Shown here: in pieces, positions 29,265-39,459 of the stretch
How the letters are laid out: each line of letters starts with the position of its first letter
How positions within the stretch are numbered: position 1 is the stretch's first letter
NCBI GenBank assembly: GCA_022712945.1
Contig: JAFLJP010000057.1
Location: 35,449 to 99,448 of the forward strand
Direction: 5' to 3'
Source of the DNA: Gammaproteobacteria bacterium
GTDB lineage: Bacteria > Pseudomonadota > Gammaproteobacteria > RBG-16-57-12
Length of the DNA stretch: 64,000 nt
Notes under the pieces: model-generated
What the model saw: only the letters and a program-made list of their open reading frames with translations
What the model was told of the DNA's origin: nothing
Databases searched by the model: none
Program-made: the position numbers and the translations under genes

Positions 29265-29843
29265 ATGGATAAATTACGCATACCACTTTTTCCACTTCAC
29301 TCGGTACTCTTCCCTGGCGGCGCTCTGCCACTGCGTGTTTTTGAAAGCCGTTACCTTGATATGATCAGCCAGTGCATGCGTAGCCAAAGTGGCTTCGGTA
29401 TCTGCCTGATTAGCGATGGTTCGGAAGTGGGTGATGCGGCGACCCCCTTCAACGTGGGTACTCTGGTTGAAATCAGCTATTTTCAGCAGCTTAAAGATGG
29501 CTGTCTTGGCATCACCGCTCGGGGTAAACAGCGTTTTCGTATTCTCTCCAGTGAAGTGCAGCCCAATCAACTGACCCTGGCCGATATTGAGCTGTTACCT
29601 TTCATCGACGAGCTTGCACTGCCCGAGGAGTTCAGCGATTTTTGCGGCATACTCAGTAATATATTTGAGGAGCTGGGGCACCCCTACACCAGCCTGCCAA
29701 AGAGTTATCACAGTGCCACCTGGGTGAGTGCAAGATTGGCAGAGCTACTGCCGATCGGCCTGCAAGAGAAGCAGACCATGCTGGAGATGGATGATCCGAT
29801 TCAGCGCCTGATCCGGATTCGTGAGATTATTGAAGATAAATAA
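29265..29843 (+). CDS. Lon N-terminal (substrate-binding) domain protein
   Basis: IPLFPLHSVLFPGGALPLRVFESRYLDMI is the LON-N PUA-like signature. The ORF track starts at 29202, but the Met at 29265 fits the domain start. Confidence 0.7.
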   Translation: MDKLRIPLFPLHSVLFPGGALPLRVFESRYLDMISQCMRSQSGFGICLISDGSEVGDAATPFNVGTLVEISYFQQLKDGCLGITARGKQRFRILSSEVQPNQLTLADIELLPFIDELALPEEFSDFCGILSNIFEELGHPYTSLPKSYHSATWVSARLAELLPIGLQEKQTMLEMDDPIQRLIRIREIIEDK

Positions 29844-29850
29844 CAGTCTG

Positions 29851-30207
29851 CTACAGGGTATCCAAAACCATACAGATGGTCACCACAACGGCCGCCACAC
29901 TCAGTAGTAGTACCGCCCCTGCGGCACAATCCTTCGCCACCTTGATGCTGGGATGAATCTCCGGGTGCAGGTGGTCAATCATCCGTTCCAGTGCCGTATT
30001 GAACAGCTCTGCCGCAAGAATTAGTGCGCCCATCATTATCATCACCCCCCACCACAACAGCGTTGGCTGTAACCAAAACATAACCGGCAACATTACAAGT
30101 GCCAAAATAAGCTGGCTACGAAAGCTTCGTTCACCTCGCCACGCCGCCACAATACCGGAAAAGGCAAAAGCAAAGCGCTCACTGAATCGGCGGTTTTTCA
30201 TATCCAT
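29851..30207 (-). CDS. dgkA: Diacylglycerol kinase
   Basis: 118 aa with three TM helices. Carries the conserved DgkA motif FRSQLILALVM ... AELFNTALE. Confidence 0.9.
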   Translation of the reverse strand: MDMKNRRFSERFAFAFSGIVAAWRGERSFRSQLILALVMLPVMFWLQPTLLWWGVMIMMGALILAAELFNTALERMIDHLHPEIHPSIKVAKDCAAGAVLLLSVAAVVVTICMVLDTL

Positions 30208-32365
30208 CCTCCGGTAGCAAGTCTAGTAAGCAGCGTGTTACCTCCCTCAGTGCCAGAATCAACGGCTTGCGCCCCGTGAAATCACCCCGTTTCAGGCATT
30301 CATCCACAGGTTTTTGCTGCAATACCCGCTGCAATAACAGGCTGCATTGTGAGTGGTTCAGTTCTGCTTGGTGATTTACCACTCCCCAGCACGCCAGTGG
30401 CCGCAGTGCATGCAGGGTCAGTTCATAGCCACGTTGATGATCAGCAAAGTGGTATAAATCCAGTAAATCTAAACTCTCTAACGGCGGCAGCGGTAGATTC
30501 GGCTGTTGTCGCAAGAGCAGCAGTGCTACCTCAACGTCCAAACCGGCCAACGGCTCGGCGAGCTGAGCCAGTAAAAACTGCCGACCTCGCTGTCGTGCTT
30601 GCTGGAATAGTAACTCACCGGCACCACTCAATGGCTGTAACACCAGTGTTGCGTGAGCACCACTGCTCGATTCACGTCCGATCCCTAATAATACTGGCTC
30701 TAAGCCTTCATGTTGCCAGAAGTGTAAAAGCTCCGTTGTGGCACCAAAACTGGCCCCCAATAGATCCAGCTGGCGTTCACCACACGCTACTTTGACTGCT
30801 GACAACAGGTGGTGACCAAACCCTTGACGCTGCAATTGTGGGTGAATCGCAATACGCATCACCCGGCCGCTGTTCAGTTGTGCCCCGGTTGGCAACCCCA
30901 GCTGTGCTGTTAACGTTTGTGCTAGCAGATGTCCGGGTGGGCGTCGTCGGCCCTGTTGAATTTTTGTTGCCATTTCAGCATCAAAACCTCCTTCATCAGC
31001 AAGCAGCAGCACACCAACGACCTGCGCCCCCATCTTCTGTGGCGTCTGCATCAAATAGAGGGATAAAGCCGGATCATCAAGAAGATGTTGGAGATCAGAA
31101 GGAGAGGTGCGGTAGTGGGCGCTCACTAATAGGCCAAACAGTGCCTTCAGCAGTGAGTGGTTTTCCAGCAGCTCTTGTTGGGTAACCAGGCGAACGCAGC
31201 ACTGCTCAGGGCGAAGAGCTGGCATATCGTCCAGTTTGTCCGCCTCGGCATCCAGGCAGAGGGCACTAAATAGCAGTGCCTCAAGCGGGTCGTTATCCGA
31301 CCAGCGAATCGGTTGTTTCAGATGTAACGCCTGCCAGCCCGGTGCCGCCTCATCAAGGTGTTGCTGAAAGCGAATCGCAAAGCCACGTCCACTGCCTTCA
31401 TAGCCGTGAATAGTGGAGGCAAAGACAACTCGACTATAGCGTGCCAACAAAGCCTGCAATATCGCCACCGGGATTGCCGCCGCTTCATCCACCAATAGCA
31501 AGTCAGCCTTCTCTTTGGATGCCAGCAGCTGATCGGGAGCAATAAACTGAAGCACCGCTCCCTGCCAGCAGAGAGCACTACCGCTCACCTCAATTGCCAA
31601 TAGTCGTGCTGCCTGCTCAAAAATCGGGCGAACTGCTTCACGACTTGGTGCGGTGACTAAAACCCGCTTCGCGCCCTGCTGCAATAACTGCGCGGCGGCC
31701 AAGCCGAGGGCGCTGCTCTTTCCCCTGCCACGGTCAGAGGTGATTACCAGCGGTCGACGCCGGTGCCCTCGCCGTACATGGTGTATGGCCTCCACGGCCT
31801 GTTGTTGATCTTGAGTGAGATAAGGTGGTTGAGGTGGCGCTGTTCTAGCAACCGCAACGGACAATGGTGATAATGACGGCAGCGGGCCCCCTTGGGTGCA
31901 AAATATAACCCCTTCGGCAGCGCGTAATTGATGAATAAAGTACGGGATAAACCGCCCGCCATTCGTTACTCGCCGGTGGAGAGAGCAGGGGGCATCAAAA
32001 GTGGGCCACTCTGAAAGCGGTGGTGTGAGCAGCAACAACAGGCCGCCACCACAAATTGTCCCCGCCACGGCACCAAAGGCATCAGGGTCAAAACCCGTGT
32101 GAGCATCATAAACAAGCAAAGTGCACTCGCTACCCAGCAACCCTCTGGCTTGTGAATTGGTTACCGAATCAATATCACACTGAGGCTCGCCTACCCAGCA
32201 ATGATTTGTCTCGGCGAATGAGCTGCTAATAGCCAGAGCCACAGAGCGACACCATGCTGCCTCACCCGATAAAACCAGTGTCCGGCGATGATGTTGCTGG
32301 CGTGCCTGATCACGTAGTGCTTGGGCAAGTTGAAGATAATCACTCCCGTTCTGTTCGGCTATCAT
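30179..32365 (-). CDS. tmcA: tRNA(Met) cytidine acetyltransferase
   Basis: Has the helicase-like ATPase core (VITSDRGRGKSSALGLAAA; DLLLVDEAAAIP) followed by a GNAT domain (RIAIHPQLQRQGFGHHLL). 728 aa. Confidence 0.85.
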   Translation of the reverse strand: MIAEQNGSDYLQLAQALRDQARQQHHRRTLVLSGEAAWCRSVALAISSSFAETNHCWVGEPQCDIDSVTNSQARGLLGSECTLLVYDAHTGFDPDAFGAVAGTICGGGLLLLLTPPLSEWPTFDAPCSLHRRVTNGGRFIPYFIHQLRAAEGVIFCTQGGPLPSLSPLSVAVARTAPPQPPYLTQDQQQAVEAIHHVRRGHRRRPLVITSDRGRGKSSALGLAAAQLLQQGAKRVLVTAPSREAVRPIFEQAARLLAIEVSGSALCWQGAVLQFIAPDQLLASKEKADLLLVDEAAAIPVAILQALLARYSRVVFASTIHGYEGSGRGFAIRFQQHLDEAAPGWQALHLKQPIRWSDNDPLEALLFSALCLDAEADKLDDMPALRPEQCCVRLVTQQELLENHSLLKALFGLLVSAHYRTSPSDLQHLLDDPALSLYLMQTPQKMGAQVVGVLLLADEGGFDAEMATKIQQGRRRPPGHLLAQTLTAQLGLPTGAQLNSGRVMRIAIHPQLQRQGFGHHLLSAVKVACGERQLDLLGASFGATTELLHFWQHEGLEPVLLGIGRESSSGAHATLVLQPLSGAGELLFQQARQRGRQFLLAQLAEPLAGLDVEVALLLLRQQPNLPLPPLESLDLLDLYHFADHQRGYELTLHALRPLACWGVVNHQAELNHSQCSLLLQRVLQQKPVDECLKRGDFTGRKPLILALREVTRCLLDLLPEDGYEKPPIQ

Positions 32366-32377
32366 CCCAATACGGCC

Positions 32378-32998
32378 TTAACCCACCACATCCAGCTCAC
32401 GCTGGCGAAATTGAACCCCGATTTGCTGCTCCGCAATGTGGCGGCAAGCGTCAATATCGACCCCCTCAAGCCCGTTAATTGCACTCATGCTGACCTCGGG
32501 AACGTACGGTTTAACCGCAGCAGAAAAATCAAGCATCGCCTGGAAAGCACCGTCAAGTTTGGGTCGGGTGTGCTGATTGTAAATGGCCTCATTCTGCGCA
32601 TTCATAGAGATCGATAGCGCATCCACTTTACCGGCCAGCTCGGGTGCCACATCACGAGCATGCACCAAAGAGGCAAGACCATCGGTATTGAGCCGAATCG
32701 TCGCTCCTTGCTGTTTTAACTTATCAGCAACGGCCAGCAACACATCAAGGCGCAGAGTCGGCTCGCCTAAGCCACAAAATACAATCTGCTGATAGCGCGA
32801 AGGGTTACCCACCGCCGCGAGAATTTCATCAATAGCAGGCTCGCGCCTGATCAGAAGATCATAGCCCTGCACCTCCCAACAGCCGTTAAACTTAGGGCAA
32901 AAACCGCAGCGCAAAGTACAATGATAAGTGATATTCAGATAACAGTTACCATGTAGCTCATAAGCCAGTACATCATCTTCGTTATTCTTCGACATCAA
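32378..32998 (-). CDS. Small radical-SAM protein, function unknown
   Basis: Carries a CX3CX2C motif (CTLRCGFC) near the N-terminus of a 206-aa protein. It ends 13 nt before tmcA. Confidence 0.6.
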   Translation of the reverse strand: MMSKNNEDDVLAYELHGNCYLNITYHCTLRCGFCPKFNGCWEVQGYDLLIRREPAIDEILAAVGNPSRYQQIVFCGLGEPTLRLDVLLAVADKLKQQGATIRLNTDGLASLVHARDVAPELAGKVDALSISMNAQNEAIYNQHTRPKLDGAFQAMLDFSAAVKPYVPEVSMSAINGLEGVDIDACRHIAEQQIGVQFRQRELDVVG

Positions 32999-33210
32999 GC
33001 ACCTTGAGTAGGGAGTTCATTAGTCTGTGGAGATAAACACGCCATAAAACAGCCGTTTGATCTTGATGGTACTATTATTGGTGCGTAAAACGCACCCTAC
33101 GTTTGGGTGATTGGATTTCATGCACCATAAAAGTGGGCTTTAGTGGCGATGCGCTGCTTTGTTTGAAGGTCATTGTCGAGCTGTTTGAGAGCTGAACACT
33201 GCTTGGCTTA

Positions 33211-33282
33211 GGGATGTAGAATTTATTAAAATACCGCTCGGACTTGTCTTTTTTCCCACTCTATCTAGACCGGTATTCGTTC
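33211..33282. mobile_element. MITE1 truncated copy (about 72 bp of one end)
   Basis: Starts with the TSD-like TTA (33208-33210) plus 'gggatgtagaatttattaaaataccgc...ctatctagaccggtattcg', then diverges ('ttcagagcttg'). Confidence 0.55.
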
Positions 33283-33342
33283 AGAGCTTGATGAAAGATC
33301 TGAAGCAGTCAACCAAGCAGCGTTTCCTGAAACTGCCTCAAT

Positions 33343-33951
33343 TCAACTCGATTTCCCCAGCGCTTTTTTAAGTGTGATCATGCGAAACCAACCACCCAGC
33401 AGTGCCGGTCGATTATCGATCACCTGTAGTGCAGGGCAGTGGGGCAGTAGCGTTTCAAATACCACATCAAGGCGCGTTGCAATCATGCCAGTTATCGGGC
33501 TGAGCAGACGACGCAGTGGGGCAGAGCGGCCTGGGGTGAGGAATTTATCGAGGATGATAATGGTTCCTCCGGGCTTGAGTACTCGCTCGGCCTCTTTTAG
33601 CGCCTGTGATGGCTCGGGCACTACCGCCAGGATAAGGTGCATGACCACGTGATCAAACTGCTGCGCTGGAAAGGGGAGCTGCATAACATCCCCTTGATAG
33701 AGTTTAATGTTGTCACGTGGGTAATACTGTGCACGTTTGAGCATGGCGCGGGTGAGGTCGATGCCGTGATAGTAAGGGCCGCTTGGTAGCAGGGGAATAT
33801 CCAAGCCGCTACCAATACCACTGATCAATATGTTTTGTTTTGGTGTAGTCGTCAGCCGTTGCAGGCTGCGCTGGCGCACAGCTGTTGATGCGCGGGCAAC
33901 CAAAAAGTCATAGATTGGGGCTAGCAGGGTATAGCTTTGTTGAAGTCCCAT
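33343..33951 (-). CDS. Class I SAM-dependent methyltransferase
   Basis: Motif I is ILISGIGSGLD and the post-I acidic residue is present. 202 aa. Confidence 0.7.
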   Translation of the reverse strand: MGLQQSYTLLAPIYDFLVARASTAVRQRSLQRLTTTPKQNILISGIGSGLDIPLLPSGPYYHGIDLTRAMLKRAQYYPRDNIKLYQGDVMQLPFPAQQFDHVVMHLILAVVPEPSQALKEAERVLKPGGTIIILDKFLTPGRSAPLRRLLSPITGMIATRLDVVFETLLPHCPALQVIDNRPALLGGWFRMITLKKALGKSS

Positions 33952-33958
33952 TTTAGTG

Positions 33959-34342
33959 TCAATGGAGTTGGTTGGGCTGTGATAGGGTGAAGGGGGTGAT
34001 CAGGGTTTTAAAGGGTGTCCCGTCTTCACTTATCATCTGGTAGTGGCCTCGCATATAGCCCACGGGTGTCTCCAATACGGTGCCGCTGGTATATTCAAAT
34101 TGTTCGCCTGGGCGCAGGTAGGGCTGTTTCCCTACCACGCCTTCACCAAAGACCTCCTGTTCGTTACCATCAGCATCGGTAATCACCCAGTGCCGGGTGA
34201 TTAGCTTGGCTGCGACACGACCATGATTCTGAATGCAGATGGTATAAGAGAAGACAAAATGACCCTCTGTTGGGATGGAGTGCTCACCGATGTAAGCACT
34301 CTTTACTTCGACATTGATTTTGTGAGGTGGCTCTTTTGGCAT
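33959..34342 (-). CDS. apaG: ApaG (DUF525) protein
   Basis: 127 aa. IGEHSIPTEGHFVFSYTICIQNHG...GEGVVGKQPYLRPGEQFEYTSG is the ApaG fold. Confidence 0.9.
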   Translation of the reverse strand: MPKEPPHKINVEVKSAYIGEHSIPTEGHFVFSYTICIQNHGRVAAKLITRHWVITDADGNEQEVFGEGVVGKQPYLRPGEQFEYTSGTVLETPVGYMRGHYQMISEDGTPFKTLITPFTLSQPNQLH

Positions 34343-34368
34343 ATGATTATCTGTCTGAAAATTATTTA

Positions 34369-34527
34369 GGAACGAGCGCGGAATAACTTATGCAGTTATG
34401 ACGCAGAAATTTTTCTCCAGTTCAAACGATCTCAAGAGGCGCATAGCTGGCTTACGTAACGATTGAGATCGTTTGAACTGGGGTGAAAGAGCAAGTCAGA
34501 ATGTAGGCGTTATTTCGTGATCGTTCC
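34369..34527. mobile_element. MITE3 copy (159 bp). TIR is ggaacgagc...gatcgttcc, TSD is TTA, with an internal 15-bp palindrome
   Basis: About 93% identical to 42036-42194. TTA lies at 34366-34368 and 34528-34530. The internal perfect inverted repeat is ttcaaacgatctcaa / ttgagatcgtttgaa. It sits in the divergent promoter region, 27 bp from the apaG ATG. Confidence 0.85.
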
Positions 34528-34603
34528 TTAGGGAAACTTTGAGCAAACGGCTCAGAGCTACCCCAATTATAACCGAACACCATCCGAGGGGAAGGGGAGT
34601 TAA

Positions 34604-36577
34604 ATGAAAAGTCTCTGGAATGATGCTGAGGCAGCGGAGTATTCATCAGATTTGGGGTTGCGTGTCTATACGTCGAGATTGCTGGGGCGTGATGAGAGTC
34701 TGGTGCTGCATGGCGGTGGCAATACCTCGGTAAAAATTTGTGAAACCAACCTGGTAGGGGATCCTCAGGAGATTCTCTATGTCAAAGGATCTGGCTGGGA
34801 CTTGGTCAGTATCGAAGAAGGTGGTTTTGCACCGGTTCGCATGGATCATCTGCTAAAGCTGGCTATGCTCTCTTCATTGAGCGATGCCGAAATGGTTAAT
34901 GAGCTAAAAACCCAGTGCACCGTGGCCAGTGCGCCTTCACCATCGGTTGAGACGATTCTTCACGCGACCTTACCTTATAAATATGTGGATCACACCCATG
35001 CAGATGCGGTGTTGAGTCTTTGTAATACCCCGGATGGAGAGCAAGCCATCCGTGATATTTATGGTCAGGATACGGTGATTATTCCTTACATTATGCCAGG
35101 TTTTGATCTGGCCCGTGTTTGTGCAGAACGTTTTGCGGCGGAGGCGAATGAGAAGACGATCGGTATGGTGTTGATGAATCACGGTGTCTTCTCTTTTGCC
35201 GACAATGCCCGTGAGTCGTATGAGCGAATGATTGAGCTGGTGGGGCGTGCCGAGAGTTCTCTCGCCGCTAAAGGGGCGTGGCAGCTTGATGCTGTCAGAG
35301 CTGAGCCGATAACAGGCCCAAAGCATCTCGCCCATGCACGGCTGCGGGCAGCGCTCTCCCAGGCGGCGGGTAAGGCTCAGTTGCTGAGCCATCAAGATGA
35401 TGCGACGAGTGAGGCGTTTTCCCGGCGTAGTGATTTGCAGGCGATTACCCAGCAAGGGCCAGCCACACCGGATCACGTGATTCGAACCAAGCAGCTTCCA
35501 CTGCTCGGTGATGATGTCGGCAGTTATGTGGCGGCGTACCAGCATTACTTCGATAAACACTCTGCCGGGGCCAAGGCTCCCGTTACGATGTTAAACCCGG
35601 CACCCAAGGTGATTATCGATAAAACACTGGGGCTCTGTACCGTTGGAAGCAGCGCCAAAGAGACATCGATCATTGGCGATATCTACCGCCACACTATTTC
35701 GATTATTCTAAGAGCCGAAGCGTGGAGTCGCTGGCAGGCACTGCCGAGCAAAGATATTTTTGATATGGAGTATTGGGAGCTGGAGCAGGCTAAATTGAAA
35801 AAATCGAGTGTCGTTCTCTCCTTCTGCGGAGAGGTGGCATTGGTGACTGGTGCTGCTTCCGGCATCGGCAAGGCGTGTGTTGATTCGATGTTGTCACGTG
35901 GTGCGGCAGTTATCGCTCTGGATATTAATGAAGGTGTAAAAAGTAATTGGGATCGGGCCGATGTTTTGGCGCTGGTTTGCGATGTGACCAAAGAGCAAGC
36001 TTTAGCAAATGCTGTGGAGCAGGGGGTGCGATGCTTTGGTGGTCTGGATATATTGGTTGTCAATGCGGGTATTTTTCCCGGCGGTCGTCGTATCAGTGAG
36101 TTTGATATGGATGAGTGGCGAAAGGTACAACAGGTCAATATCGATGCCAATATGCAGCTGCTCAAAATAGTTCATCCATTATTAAAGTTGGCTCCCAATG
36201 GTGGTCGGGTGGTTGTTATGGCTTCAAAGAATGTGACCGCGCCGGGCCCTGGGGCGAGTGCTTACTCTGCCTCCAAGGCGGCGTTGACGCAGGTTGCACG
36301 TATTGCGGCGCTTGAATGGGGTGGTGATAATATTCGTGTCAACACTCTGCATCCGGATTGCGTCTTTGATACCGGCATTTGGACAGATGCGGTGTTGCAG
36401 GCGCGAGCGGCTCACTATGGCGTAACGGTTGATCGGTACAAACGTAAAAATATTTTGCAGGTGGAGGTGACAAGCCAGAATGTGGCTGAACTTGTTGCTG
36501 AGTGTTGTGGGCCATTGTTTGCCAAAACAACAGGGGCACAAATACCGATCGATGGGGGGAATGACCGGGTTATCTAA
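34604..36577 (+). CDS. Bifunctional class-II-aldolase-like/short-chain dehydrogenase protein
   Basis: 657 aa. The C-terminal SDR region has TGAASGIGKA and YSASKAAL (YxxxK). The N-terminal 400 aa is typical of the rhamnulose-1-phosphate aldolase/alcohol dehydrogenase fusion family. Confidence 0.75.
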   Translation: MKSLWNDAEAAEYSSDLGLRVYTSRLLGRDESLVLHGGGNTSVKICETNLVGDPQEILYVKGSGWDLVSIEEGGFAPVRMDHLLKLAMLSSLSDAEMVNELKTQCTVASAPSPSVETILHATLPYKYVDHTHADAVLSLCNTPDGEQAIRDIYGQDTVIIPYIMPGFDLARVCAERFAAEANEKTIGMVLMNHGVFSFADNARESYERMIELVGRAESSLAAKGAWQLDAVRAEPITGPKHLAHARLRAALSQAAGKAQLLSHQDDATSEAFSRRSDLQAITQQGPATPDHVIRTKQLPLLGDDVGSYVAAYQHYFDKHSAGAKAPVTMLNPAPKVIIDKTLGLCTVGSSAKETSIIGDIYRHTISIILRAEAWSRWQALPSKDIFDMEYWELEQAKLKKSSVVLSFCGEVALVTGAASGIGKACVDSMLSRGAAVIALDINEGVKSNWDRADVLALVCDVTKEQALANAVEQGVRCFGGLDILVVNAGIFPGGRRISEFDMDEWRKVQQVNIDANMQLLKIVHPLLKLAPNGGRVVVMASKNVTAPGPGASAYSASKAALTQVARIAALEWGGDNIRVNTLHPDCVFDTGIWTDAVLQARAAHYGVTVDRYKRKNILQVEVTSQNVAELVAECCGPLFAKTTGAQIPIDGGNDRVI

Positions 36578-37124
36578 TCTGATATTTTTTTGTCCGCTTC
36601 GCTGTTCTGTTTCAGCGGCGTTAAACAGTTTTCATATTTCCTGAAAGCACATGGATTGTGCTTGTTTTCCTGTCAGTGCCGACCATTGCTGTTGGGGTGA
36701 AGTTATTATCTGGCAGCAATCTTGATTTATTGGTTCCGGCGATAGATGGCGGTTTATCTGCGCCTGCAATGACTGCCGTGGTTACCCAAAAATCAGGGTT
36801 GCTATGGAACTAAGCAATAGCTATTTTGTCGCTTGCGCATTGATCGAAATATTCCTTCCACCTGAGCCCCCTACTCACTGGATTAAAAACCCACTATAAC
36901 ACTCTGATTTTATCCGTAAATTTATTATTGAAAAGTGACCGAAAACAGGCTTGCTTAGCAGTATGAAATCAAGTAGGCTGCGGTTAACACCCAGTCAGCT
37001 CATTCAGCTATCAGCTGAAAGTGTTGGCCCGGAGGAGACTCTGGGTTTGGGAGTAATAAAAAAAGGTCGCAAGTCAGTCCATGGCAGTATTTTGGAGCGA
37101 TGAAGCGGAATTTTCTAACAAAGT

Positions 37125-38564
37125 ATGGAGGGAGGCCTCGTGTCTGCAATAACAACCGATGATAAGACATACAATTTTGATGTCGTGCGGGCATTCACCA
37201 TCTGTGCAGTCGTCTACCTAGTAGTCGGTGCAACGGTTGGTGTTTACATCGCATCAGAACTGGCTTGGCCTGTTCTGAATTTCGACATTCCTTATATTAC
37301 CTTTGGGCGTTTACGTCCGCTTCACACTAATGTCGTTATTTTTGCTTTTGGTGGTTGTACACTGATGGCAACATCATTTTATATTGCACAACGTACATGT
37401 CATGTGCGCTTGTGGAGCGATAAAATGGCATGGTTCACTTTTTGGGGTTGGAACCTTGTAATGGTGTTGGCTGTGATAACACTTCCCTTAGGCATGACCA
37501 GTGGTAAAGAGTACGCCGAGCTGGAATGGTGGATTGACATCATCCTTGCGGTGGTGTGGTTATCCTACATGTTCAATTTCATTATGACCCTGGCGATCCG
37601 TAAAACGTCACATATCTATGTGGCGAACTGGTTCTTCCTAGGCATGATGATCATGATTACCTATCTTCACGTTGGTAACTCACTCGCTATTCCTGTTGAC
37701 TTCACTAAATCATATTCAATGTTTCCTGGTGTTCAGGATGCAATGATTCAATGGTGGTACGGTCACAATGCGGTAGGTTATTTCTTAACGGCAGGTTTCT
37801 TGGGGATTATGTATTACTTCATTCCTAAGCAATCAGGTCTTCCAATCTTCTCATATCGTCTGTCAGTTCTTCACTTCTGGGCACTGATGTTCGGTTATGC
37901 TTGGTTGGGTGCTCACCATCTGCAATATACGGCACTTCCAGATTGGACTGGTTCACTGGGCGCGGCAGTCTCTATTGCGATGATTATCCCATCTTGGGGT
38001 GGTGCTTTGAATGGTCTGTTGACCCTGTCAGGTGCATGGCACAAGCTGCGTGATGATTACATTCTGCGTTTCCTTATCGTCTCTTTGGCGTTCTACGCAA
38101 TGTCTACCTTCGAAGGTCCTGTTATGTCGGTTAAGACAGTTAATGCACTGTCTCACTACACTGACTGGACGATTGGTCACGTACACTCAGGTGCGCTTGG
38201 CTGGGTAGCGATGGTCTCGATTGGCGCGATTTACCACATGGTAGAGCGTATGTGGAATACTAAGATCTACTCCACAGCAATGGTGGCCGCCCACTTCTGG
38301 CTCGCAACAATTGGTGCTGTAATCTACGTCTGTGCGATGTGGGTATCGGGTATCATGCAAGGTTTGATGTGGCGTGCTACAGATGACTACGGCAACTTGA
38401 CCTATACATTTGTTGAGTCTGTTGCGGCGATGCACCCATTCTATGCAATGCGTGCCATCGGTGGAATGATCTTCCTGCTTGGTGCCATCATCATGCTCTA
38501 CAATATCGTCATGACGATTCGTAGTGCCGATAAGCAACCCAGCATGGCTACCGCTAAGGCGTAA
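37125..38564 (+). CDS. ccoN: cbb3-type cytochrome c oxidase subunit I
   Basis: 12 TM helices with the conserved His ligands of the CcoN family. First gene of ccoNOQP. GTG at 37140, after GGAGGG, is an alternative start. Confidence 0.95.
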   Translation: MEGGLVSAITTDDKTYNFDVVRAFTICAVVYLVVGATVGVYIASELAWPVLNFDIPYITFGRLRPLHTNVVIFAFGGCTLMATSFYIAQRTCHVRLWSDKMAWFTFWGWNLVMVLAVITLPLGMTSGKEYAELEWWIDIILAVVWLSYMFNFIMTLAIRKTSHIYVANWFFLGMMIMITYLHVGNSLAIPVDFTKSYSMFPGVQDAMIQWWYGHNAVGYFLTAGFLGIMYYFIPKQSGLPIFSYRLSVLHFWALMFGYAWLGAHHLQYTALPDWTGSLGAAVSIAMIIPSWGGALNGLLTLSGAWHKLRDDYILRFLIVSLAFYAMSTFEGPVMSVKTVNALSHYTDWTIGHVHSGALGWVAMVSIGAIYHMVERMWNTKIYSTAMVAAHFWLATIGAVIYVCAMWVSGIMQGLMWRATDDYGNLTYTFVESVAAMHPFYAMRAIGGMIFLLGAIIMLYNIVMTIRSADKQPSMATAKA

Positions 38565-38578
38565 GGAGGAGAAAGATA

Positions 38579-39244
38579 ATGTCTTCTAATAATGAAAAAA
38601 TGTCTTTCCAGGAAAAGACAGAAACAAACGTATGGCTATTAGTGGCAACACTGGCACTTGGTCTTACTGTTGCGGGTATTGTGGAAATTGTTCCACTGTT
38701 CTATCTCCCGCAGACGATGGATGCTGGCTTGACCGAGGAAGAGGATAATATTCGTCCTTATACCGCGCTTGAGCTGGAAGGTCGTGACGTCTATATTCGT
38801 GAAGGCTGTTACTTATGCCACTCACAAATGATTCGTCCTTTCCGTGACGAGAAAGAGCGTTATGGTCACTACTCGATTGCAGCTGAATCGAAGTATGATC
38901 ATCCGTTCCAGTGGGGTTCAAAGCGTACCGGTCCTGACTTGGCACGTGTTGGTGGCAAATACTCAGATGAGTGGCATTTTCAGCACATGATGTGTCCAAA
39001 GTGTGTTGTGCCTGATTCTGTTATGCCTAATTACCCCTGGTTAGCAGATGCTCTTGTTGATCATGATACGACAGCCAAGAAAATGGCTGCTCTGAGAATG
39101 GTTGGCGTACCTTACACTGATGCAGATGAGGCGGGTGCCGCCGATGCAGTGAAGGGTAAAACAGAGATGGAAGCGATGATCGCTTATCTGCAAGTTCTTG
39201 GGACTATGGTGAATTTCCAGGAAGGTAAGGACTATCGTAAATGA
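38579..39244 (+). CDS. ccoO: cbb3 oxidase subunit II (monoheme c)
   Basis: An N-terminal TM helix, a single CYLCH heme site, and CcoO-typical length. An RBS GGAGGAG lies upstream. Confidence 0.95.
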   Translation: MSSNNEKMSFQEKTETNVWLLVATLALGLTVAGIVEIVPLFYLPQTMDAGLTEEEDNIRPYTALELEGRDVYIREGCYLCHSQMIRPFRDEKERYGHYSIAAESKYDHPFQWGSKRTGPDLARVGGKYSDEWHFQHMMCPKCVVPDSVMPNYPWLADALVDHDTTAKKMAALRMVGVPYTDADEAGAADAVKGKTEMEAMIAYLQVLGTMVNFQEGKDYRK

Positions 39245-39459
39245 TTGATTCGCTGAGGGAACACTTTGCAACAGACTGGGCTTCGTTAACCTTGATTGAC
39301 TGGTTTGGGATGTTGGCGGCTGTTTCCTTGGCGATCCTTATGTTCATTCTCTATGTCTACGTGTTTGCACCAGGCAATAAAGAGAAGCTGGAATCACACA
39401 GAGATCTTGTCCTTAAAGATGATTTGACCGATGGGGAGAATAACCATGGCAGAAACTAA
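39241..39459 (+). CDS. ccoQ: cbb3 oxidase subunit CcoQ
   Basis: 72-aa single-TM protein. Its start overlaps the ccoO stop (ATGA) and its end overlaps ccoP. Confidence 0.7.
   Translation: MIDSLREHFATDWASLTLIDWFGMLAAVSLAILMFILYVYVFAPGNKEKLESHRDLVLKDDLTDGENNHGRN

Noticed and set aside
36577-37125. FNR/Anr box (TTGAT-N4-ATCAA) expected upstream of ccoN
   Set aside because: Only weak half-site matches were found ('ctgattttatcc', 'tgaaatcaa'). No convincing full site.
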